Positions 57,360-64,000 of a stretch of DNA of 64,000 nt are shown here, in pieces (the stretch's first letter is position 1; the number at the start of each line of letters is the position of its first letter). Source of the stretch: Methanococcus aeolicus Nankai-3. Lineage in GTDB: Archaea; AGJL01; Methanococci; Methanococcales; Methanococcaceae. The stretch spans positions 248,563 to 312,562 of the forward strand of contig NC_009635.1 of the NCBI RefSeq assembly GCF_000017185.1, given 5' to 3'. The translations under genes were made by a program, and so were the position numbers. Below the pieces are notes generated by a model that was not told where the DNA came from, did not search any database, and saw only the letters and a program-made list of their open reading frames with translations.

Positions 57360-57947
57360 TTGTATAAATTAATAACCATATCTGACACCATTAGAGTTCC
57401 ACCCAAAATGTTCGGAGCTCCCTTAAAAGATAGCATACATAAAATATTAATGGAGAAATACGAAGGATTAATGGATAAAGACTTTGGTTTTATAATGTCC
57501 ATAGGCGATATCGGAGAAATTGGGGGGGGCAAGGTAGTTTATGGAGACGGAGCGGCATACCACCCTGCAATCTTTGATTTATTATGTTATGAACCAGAAC
57601 TATATGAAATTATAGAAGGAGAAATTGTAGATGTTGTAGAATTCGGTCTTTTCGTAAGATTGGGCCCGTTAGATGGACTTATACACATATCCCAAATTAT
57701 GGATGATTTCGTATCTTATGACCCGCAAAGGGGTGCTATCATTGGAAAAGAAAGCGGAAAAGTTATTGAAAAAGGCGATAAAGTTAGGGCAAGAATCGTG
57801 GCAATTAGTTTAAGAGAAGCTAAAAGAAGAGGAAGTAAAATAGCTTTAACGATGAGACAGCAAGGACTAGGAAAATTAGAATGGATTGAAGAAGAGAAAA
57901 ATAAAAGAGCTAATATCAACAATACAAAGGCTATTGCGGAAGAATAA
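57360..57947 (+). CDS. rpoE: DNA-directed RNA polymerase subunit E' (Rpb7 homolog)
   Basis: 195 aa; S1 domain; first gene of the conserved rpoE'-spt4-DUF359-S24e-S27ae cluster. Confidence 0.8.
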   Translation: MYKLITISDTIRVPPKMFGAPLKDSIHKILMEKYEGLMDKDFGFIMSIGDIGEIGGGKVVYGDGAAYHPAIFDLLCYEPELYEIIEGEIVDVVEFGLFVRLGPLDGLIHISQIMDDFVSYDPQRGAIIGKESGKVIEKGDKVRARIVAISLREAKRRGSKIALTMRQQGLGKLEWIEEEKNKRANINNTKAIAEE

Positions 57948-58038
57948 TCTACTACTCATAATGAATATATACATTCATTTATTTATTTTATAATTAATGA
58001 TATAATAAATCAATAATTGCTATAATTAAGGTGGAATT

Positions 58039-58218
58039 ATGAAAAAATCTTGTATAAGATGCAAGTATTTAACAGATGATGAAAAATGCCCAATTTGTGG
58101 CTTTGAAACATCAGATAATTGGAGGGGGCTTTTAATTATATTGGACCCAAAAGAATCTGAAATAGCTAAAAAAGCAAGAATTGATATCAAAGGTAAATAT
58201 TCATTAAGTGTAAAGTAA
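58039..58218 (+). CDS. spt4: transcription elongation factor Spt4 / RNAP subunit E''
   Basis: 59-aa ORF missing from the ORF track (<60 aa): 'MKKSCIRCKYLTDDEKCPICGFETSDNWRGLLIILDP...', with a 4-Cys zinc ribbon and the 'W.G...I..P' Spt4 signature. The overlapping 165-aa minus-strand ORF is spurious. Confidence 0.75.
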   Translation: MKKSCIRCKYLTDDEKCPICGFETSDNWRGLLIILDPKESEIAKKARIDIKGKYSLSVK

Positions 58219-58272
58219 TAAATAATAAGAATAATAAGGTAATAAAGACATATAAGAATAATAAGGTAAATA

Positions 58273-58758
58273 ATGTATATGCTAAATGAATCGACAAAAG
58301 AGATTTTAAAAAAACCCTTTGGAAAAGTATATAAAGAACTACCCCCAATAAATAGAAAAGTCAATATTATCGCAGTTGGTGATATTACCACAAAAAACCT
58401 TCTATCAAAAAGTATAATACCAAACCTGTCCATCATTGATTTAAAAACCAAACGGAATATTCCTGTAAAAATAAACCATAAATTTAAAACGGTTTTTGAA
58501 GTAAATAACCCCCAAGGGTGCATATCTGATGAAGCAGAAGAAACTATAAAATATATTTCTTCATTAGATATGGTGGATACAGCATTAATTGTAAAGGATG
58601 GAGAAGAAGATTTATTAACTATGATGGTAATTAGATATTTTCCAAAAGATACAATTGTATTATATGGACAACCTGATGAAGGAGTGGTGTTATTAACTAT
58701 AAATCAGGATTTAAAACATAAAATAAATAATATATTATCTATGATGGATAAAATTTAA
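58273..58758 (+). CDS. DUF359-family protein (GTP-dependent dephospho-CoA kinase family)
   Basis: 161 aa; 'IIAVGDITT...IIDLKTKR' DUF359 signature; canonical position after spt4. Confidence 0.7.
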   Translation: MYMLNESTKEILKKPFGKVYKELPPINRKVNIIAVGDITTKNLLSKSIIPNLSIIDLKTKRNIPVKINHKFKTVFEVNNPQGCISDEAEETIKYISSLDMVDTALIVKDGEEDLLTMMVIRYFPKDTIVLYGQPDEGVVLLTINQDLKHKINNILSMMDKI

Positions 58759-58855
58759 ATAATTGTGTAGATAATAAAAGAATATATATTTCAAGATAGT
58801 AAAATTACAAGATTATAAATAACAGATATTACACACAAACTATATTGGTGATTAA

Positions 58856-59164
58856 ATGGAAATAAAAATAACATCTGATAGGGCAAACCCATTATTACAT
58901 AGAAGAGAAGTTAAATTCATAGCAAATTATGATGGAACTACGCCATCAGTTAACGAAATAAAGATGAAAATAACAGCAATGTTAAACGCTGACAAATCCC
59001 TAACAATAGTGGATTCAATCTGTCAAGAATATGGAAACACAGAATCCTTAGGATATGTTAAAATATATGATGATGAAAAATCAATGAATTTATTTGAAAA
59101 AAAATCAGTTTTAGAAAAAAATAAAATAGAAGAAGCTGAAACAACAGAAGAAGACGGTGAATAA
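58856..59164 (+). CDS. rps24e: 30S ribosomal protein S24e
   Basis: 102 aa; '[21 protein letters not shown]' S24e signature. Confidence 0.85.
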   Translation: MEIKITSDRANPLLHRREVKFIANYDGTTPSVNEIKMKITAMLNADKSLTIVDSICQEYGNTESLGYVKIYDDEKSMNLFEKKSVLEKNKIEEAETTEEDGE

Positions 59165-59167
59165 AAT

Positions 59168-59341
59168 ATGGCTACAAAAAACAAAGGAACACAAAAACAC
59201 AATTACTACAAAGTTGAAGGAGACAAAGTAGAAAAATTAAAAAAAGAATGCCCAAGATGTAAAGGTGGCGTATTCATGGCTGAGCACCTAAACAGATTTG
59301 CATGCGGAAAATGTGGATACACAGAATTCAAAAAACAATAA
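59168..59341 (+). CDS. rps27ae: 30S ribosomal protein S27ae
   Basis: 57-aa ORF absent from the ORF track; 'CPRCKGG...[11 protein letters not shown]' zinc ribbon; follows rps24e after a 3-nt gap. Confidence 0.8.
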   Translation: MATKNKGTQKHNYYKVEGDKVEKLKKECPRCKGGVFMAEHLNRFACGKCGYTEFKKQ

Positions 59342-59418
59342 ATTTTTAATTTTTTTTATAAATTTTTAATTTTTTTAATATATGATGATTTTTTTAGACA
59401 TAATTATGGGCGTTGTAT

Positions 59419-59655
59419 TATAGTCAATCTTCGGACATTTTCGCTAAACCATCTCAAAATCGCAAAGCGATTTTTACGATCTCAAAACTCCGAAGGAGTT
59501 TTTACGACCCAAAATTCCGGAGGAATTTTTAAGGTCGTATAAATTTTTCAGAGAAAAATTTAGAGATATTTTAAAGCTAAATTCTACTATTACCAATAAT
59601 AAAGAATGATTTAATGATTTGGACTATAAAGAACAGTTATTGAAGATTAACTATA
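59419..59655. mobile_element. MITE-like element, long copy in inverted orientation relative to 30455-30737
   Basis: Roughly the first 170 bp is the reverse complement of the 3' part of the 30455 copy (TATAGTCAATCTTCGG...CGCAAAGCGATTTTTACGATCTCAAAA...); ends ...GAACAGTTATTGAAGATTAACTATA. Confidence 0.65.
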
Positions 59656-59828
59656 TGCGGGGAGCTCCCAAAATATAACATAATCTAATAAAACATATCT
59701 TTTTTTAAATTGTTCGAAAATATTATATATCATTCATTATTTAATCGATATTGTTATTATTTCATTATTTATCTTTATTTATTATTTTATTTAATTGTAT
59801 AGTTATTTTAAATTTGGTGAATTAAAAT

Positions 59829-60470
59829 ATGTTAGAGGATATTTTAAAAGGAGATATTGAAAGAAAAACTATCACCCAAATATATGGTCCTCCGGGTGTT
59901 GGAAAAACCAATTTATGCATCATTTCTGCTATAAATTTTATAAGGCATGGATATAAAGTTGCATATATTGATACAGAGGGAGGATTATCGACCGAAAGAA
60001 TAAAACAAATTTCAAATAATAATGAAGAATTTAATAATATATTAAATAATTTAATAATATATGAACCTGAAAGCTTTGAGGAACAATCAACCATACTTAA
60101 ACAACTTGCCTTAATCGATAATTTGGGACTAATTATTGTAGATGGTATTGCATCACTTTATAGGCTAGAACTCTCCGATGATATCAATCAAAATGCAAAA
60201 GTAAATAGGATAATGGGAAACCAGATATTAATACTAAATAAAATATCAAAAAAGAACAATTCTGCGGTTTTAATTACTAACCAAATAACTGATACCAATA
60301 AAGGATTTAAAGCATCAGGGGGTAAGATTTTAGAATATTGGAGTAAAATAATAATTAGGATAGATAAACCAAACACCATAAGAGAAATGACATTAGAAAA
60401 ACATAGACATGCAGCAGAAGGTCAGAAATTACGATATAAAATAGTCAATAACGGCGTTCATAAATTATAG
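59829..60470 (+). CDS. radB: DNA repair and recombination protein RadB (RecA-superfamily)
   Basis: 213 aa; Walker A 'GPPGVGKTNLC', Walker B 'LIIVDGI'; archaeal RadB length. Confidence 0.8.
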   Translation: MLEDILKGDIERKTITQIYGPPGVGKTNLCIISAINFIRHGYKVAYIDTEGGLSTERIKQISNNNEEFNNILNNLIIYEPESFEEQSTILKQLALIDNLGLIIVDGIASLYRLELSDDINQNAKVNRIMGNQILILNKISKKNNSAVLITNQITDTNKGFKASGGKILEYWSKIIIRIDKPNTIREMTLEKHRHAAEGQKLRYKIVNNGVHKL

Positions 60471-60518
60471 TCATTGTAGGACACCCTGCATAATGCTCTA
60501 TGTTAAATAAGCGATATT

Positions 60519-60703
60519 TATAGTTAATCTTCAATGACTGTCCCTTATCCGCCCTAAATTATTAAATAAAATCTCTTCGAGATTTTATACAAAAGCATAG
60601 CTTTTGCAAATAAATTTTTTCGTTTTTCTTTAATTCAATAGGCAATAGGATATTTTGCTTAATTATAGCACGATTTAGTGAAAAAGACCGAAGATTGACT
60701 ATA
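60519..60703. mobile_element. MITE-like element (~185 bp)
   Basis: TATAGTTAATCTTCAATGACTGTCCC ... GTGAAAAAGACCGAAGATTGACTATA; internal 'TTTATACAAAAGCATAGCTTTTG' is shared with the 30455 copy. Confidence 0.65.
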
Positions 60704-60901
60704 ATGTTTAGTTACATATGAGTAAATATGTATGGATATTGAAATTTTATTGCAAATATTTCATAATTAACCATATAATCTGTTATATCTTTTTGAACGC
60801 ATCCTAATAATAAATATCTTAATATAATAATAATAGAATAATAATATTGTATTATATATATTGACCATACAATATTAAGCATATCGTTATATGGTGATAT
60901 T

Positions 60902-61231
60902 ATGAAAGTGCTATTATATATATTTGTAGAAATTGAAAATATTGGAAAAGCTATCAATGCCCTTTCAGAAGGGGAAATTTCTGGATTTTTTTTAATGGAA
61001 TATAAAGGAATGTCACCTCAAGAGTGGGCTGGATTTTTAATTGACGAGGAACCTGAAAAAGCTGTAAAAATAATCAATGATATGGCCAAAAATTCAGTTG
61101 TAATTGGAACTGTTGTTAGTGAGAATAATCTTGAAAACATAAAATATGCCATAGCTGAAAAATTAGGGGACTACAAACATACGATTATGGAGCTCCCATT
61201 ATGCGGACTAAAAGTAAATAAAGTGGATTAA
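60902..61231 (+). CDS. methanogen-conserved hypothetical protein
   Basis: 109-aa ORF directly upstream of atwA; no recognised motif. Confidence 0.4.
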   Translation: MKVLLYIFVEIENIGKAINALSEGEISGFFLMEYKGMSPQEWAGFLIDEEPEKAVKIINDMAKNSVVIGTVVSENNLENIKYAIAEKLGDYKHTIMELPLCGLKVNKVD

Positions 61232-61267
61232 TCAAATTAATTATTATTTATTATTTATTATTTTATA

Positions 61268-62875
61268 TTGGTGATGATAATGGTATTGCTTGAAGTAAAA
61301 AATGTTAGTAAAAAATTTGGAGATAGTGAGGTATTGAAAAATATAAATTTTACATTGGATGAAGGAGAGGTTCTTGGAATTCTTGGAAGAAGTGGTGCTG
61401 GAAAATCGGTTTTACTACATATGCTTAGGGGTATGGAGGGGTATGAACCAACAGAAGGGCAGATAATTTATACCGTAGCTCAATGTGATGGATGTGGTTC
61501 AGTAGAAGTTCCTTCGATGGAAAATCAAAAATGTAGTTGTGGAGGCAATTATGAGCTGATTTCTGTTGATTTCTGGGACAAAAATCAGACAACATTTAAT
61601 TTAAAAAGAAAAATTGCCATAATGCTCCAAAGAACTTTTGCTTTATATGGTGAGCAATCTGTTATTGAAAATATATTGCAGGCACTATCAGCAGCAGGGT
61701 ATGAAGGAAAAGAGGCAACAAATATAGCTCTAAAATTAATAAAAATGATTAAAATGGAGCATAGAATTACTCATGTTGCAAGAGATTTAAGTGGGGGAGA
61801 AAAACAGAGGGTAGTTCTTGCACGACAGATAGCTAAAAAACCAATCATATTTTTGGCAGATGAACCAACTGGAACACTGGACCCAAAAATCGCAAAAATT
61901 GTTCATAAAGCACTAAAAGAGACCGTAGTTAAAAATAAAATAGGCATGGTAATAACTTCTCACTGGCACGAGGTAATAGAAGAATTGGCAAATAAAGCCA
62001 TATGGTTAGAAAAAGGAGAGATAAAAGAACAGGGAGATAGTAAAGAAATAGTTGCTAAATTTGTAGAAACCATTACAGAATTAAAGAAATTTGACAAGGT
62101 TGAAATTAAAGAGGATATGGCAATATTGGAAAATGTTGAGAAAAAATATTGTTCGGTTGAAAGGGGAATTGTAAATGCCGTTGGTGGAGTATCATTAGAT
62201 ATTAAAGAAATGGAAATATATGGATTGGTTGGAACCAGTGGTGCTGGAAAAACTACCTTATCAAAAATAATTGCAGGTGTAATTCCTCCATCGAAAGGAA
62301 AATATATATTTAGGGTGGGGGATGAATGGGTAGATATGACACAACCTGGTCCAATGCATAGGGGAAGGGCAAAAAGATACATAGGTATGTTATTCCAAGA
62401 ATACACATTATATCCACATAGAACAATATTATACAACCTTACAGAATCCATTGGCTTGGAGCTCCCTGGAGAATTTGGAATGATGAAAGCTAATCAGGTG
62501 TTGGTTTCAGTAGGTTTCACAGAAGAGGAGGCAGAGAAACTATTGGATAAATATCCAAATGAGCTCAGTGTTGGGGAAAAACACAGAGTAGCACTTGCCC
62601 AAGTTCTTATAAAAGAGCCACATATGGTATTATTAGACGAACCAACTGGAACAATGGATCCAATTACAAGAAACCAAGTTGCAGAATCGATTCAAAAATC
62701 AAGGGCAGAATTAGAGCAAACTTATGTTATAGTATCTCATGATATGGATTTTGTGTTAAATGTATGTGATAGGGTGGCATTAATGAGGGGAGGCAAAATA
62801 ATTAAAATAGGAGCTCCCGAAGAAATTGTTCAAATATTGACGGAAGAAGAAAAAGAAGAAATGATTGGACATTAA
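61268..62875 (+). CDS. atwA: methyl-coenzyme M reductase system component A2 (tandem ABC ATPase)
   Basis: 535 aa with two ABC domains: Walker A 'GRSGAGKS' and 'GTSGAGKT', signatures 'LSGGEKQRV' and 'LSVGEKHRV', Walker B 'FLADEPT' and 'LLDEPT'. Confidence 0.8.
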   Translation: MVMIMVLLEVKNVSKKFGDSEVLKNINFTLDEGEVLGILGRSGAGKSVLLHMLRGMEGYEPTEGQIIYTVAQCDGCGSVEVPSMENQKCSCGGNYELISVDFWDKNQTTFNLKRKIAIMLQRTFALYGEQSVIENILQALSAAGYEGKEATNIALKLIKMIKMEHRITHVARDLSGGEKQRVVLARQIAKKPIIFLADEPTGTLDPKIAKIVHKALKETVVKNKIGMVITSHWHEVIEELANKAIWLEKGEIKEQGDSKEIVAKFVETITELKKFDKVEIKEDMAILENVEKKYCSVERGIVNAVGGVSLDIKEMEIYGLVGTSGAGKTTLSKIIAGVIPPSKGKYIFRVGDEWVDMTQPGPMHRGRAKRYIGMLFQEYTLYPHRTILYNLTESIGLELPGEFGMMKANQVLVSVGFTEEEAEKLLDKYPNELSVGEKHRVALAQVLIKEPHMVLLDEPTGTMDPITRNQVAESIQKSRAELEQTYVIVSHDMDFVLNVCDRVALMRGGKIIKIGAPEEIVQILTEEEKEEMIGH

Positions 62876-62943
62876 TAACATATATTATTTATATAATTTT
62901 ATTTTTTTAATTATTTATTTTATTATTGTTTTTGAAAGGTAAT

Positions 62944-63073
62944 TATAGTTAATCTTCAATAACTGTTCCTTATCCGTCCCAAATTGAGCATATTTCTCTG
63001 TTGTTGGTAATATAATAAGAGATTTTATATTCTTTAACTATGCATTACGGAAATTGTTCGAAGATTGACTACA
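62944..63073. mobile_element. MITE-like element (~130 bp)
   Basis: TATAGTTAATCTTCAATAACTGTTCC ... GGAAATTGTTCGAAGATTGACTACA; lies immediately upstream of the terminal secreted-protein gene. Confidence 0.6.
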
Positions 63074-63075
63074 AA

Positions 63076-64000
63076 TGAATGGTAAAAATATATTATTGGG
63101 AATATCAATTTTAACAAATGTATTATTGATAATATTAATAATATCATCTGTTTATATGGTATGGAGCTCCGCCAATGATTCCAGAAATGCAATTCCATTT
63201 GAACAAATGGCAGAGGGGCAAAATTCAATCTCAATAGTAAGTCAAAAAGTCATATTTGAAGATAACAATATCTATGTGGAAGTAGTTGGTAAAAACATAG
63301 GGGATAGAGTATGCGAAGGAAGTATAACTGCTAAATTTTATGATTCGGGGTGTTATTTAATAGGTAGCACAACAGAATACATTGCTAATATTGATTCGGG
63401 CGAAACATTTAAAATAAAAATAAACAGTCCTCACAATAATAATATATCAACAGTTAATTTATCAATAAAAAGTTATGGCAGTATGCAAACTTATGACGGA
63501 GCTCCCATTCAAACCAACTATAATATTTTAAAATACAACAATAGTCAAATTATTGAAGTTGTCGGTAAAAATACAAACAATAAAAAACTTAATGGATATA
63601 TTTTAATAAAATATTATGATGGCAATAATATATTAATAGGGCAGAATGAGGTTTATTTATCTTGTGTATCCCCAAATGAGGAGTTTAAATTTAAAACCCA
63701 TTACAATACTTGGATACATAATAATTACACAATTTCAAAATGCAAAATATATTCTATCTTTGATATATACAATCCCGTAGGAGGTTATTTGAGGGAGTTG
63801 GATAATGGAAAACAAACAGATATAAAAATAATTAGTCAAAAATTATCAATGTCAAAAAATGGACAGGCATATGTAGAACTAATTGGTGAGAATACAGCTA
63901 AAAATAGTATAGGTGGAGCAAATATACAAATTAAATTTTACAATGACAATAATATATTAATTGGATGTGGGGAAAAATATATTAAAAATATAGGGGCCAA
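63076..64000 (+). CDS. secreted protein with internal ~100-aa repeats (5' partial; continues beyond the window)
   Basis: N-terminal TM/signal 'NILLGISILTNVLLIILIISSVYMV'; repeated modules '...VEVVGKN...Y(D/Y)...LIG...' at least 3 times. Confidence 0.5.

Noticed and set aside
58026-58523. 165-aa minus-strand ORF
   Set aside because: Overlaps bona fide spt4 and DUF359 genes on the plus strand in the conserved rpoE' cluster; hydrophobic low-complexity translation.

Overview
This window is AT-rich (~30% GC) archaeal chromosome with a Methanococcales-type gene complement. Housekeeping genes include leuS, proS, aIF2-gamma, hisC, a TfrA-like fumarate reductase flavoprotein, PEP synthase, the ablA/ablB N-acetyl-beta-lysine osmolyte genes, Elp3, Trm5, atwA, radB, and the conserved rpoE'-spt4-DUF359-S24e-S27ae cluster. 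A complete archaellum locus runs from about 34.5 to 46.6 kb: five archaellin genes, then flaC, D, E, F, G, H, I and J, and an adjacent FlaK-like prepilin peptidase. A tRNA-Ser(GCU) lies at about 33.26 kb. Three further things stand out. First, the 8-bp palindrome GGAGCTCC is extremely over-represented. I read more than 50 exact copies against an expectation of about 0.1, in all reading frames, on both strands, and in intergenic DNA. This resembles the cyanobacterial HIP1 phenomenon, and I am not aware of it having been described for this lineage. Second, there is a family of at least 7 intergenic elements bounded by terminal inverted repeats, which I interpret as MITE-like. Two long copies sit in inverted orientation about 29 kb apart, bracketing the archaellum locus. 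Third, near the 5' end of the window there is a possible defence-related cluster: an atypical kinase-like gene, a 149-aa protein, a UvrD-family helicase, a Cas4/RecB-like iron-sulfur nuclease, and a GmrSD-like DUF262/DUF1524 gene. Other oddities: a HerA-like ATPase reading frame interrupted by a single in-frame TAG; an unusually large 436-aa archaellin with internal module duplications and many N-glycosylation sequons; and three near-identical archaellin genes forming a 703-bp tandem array.
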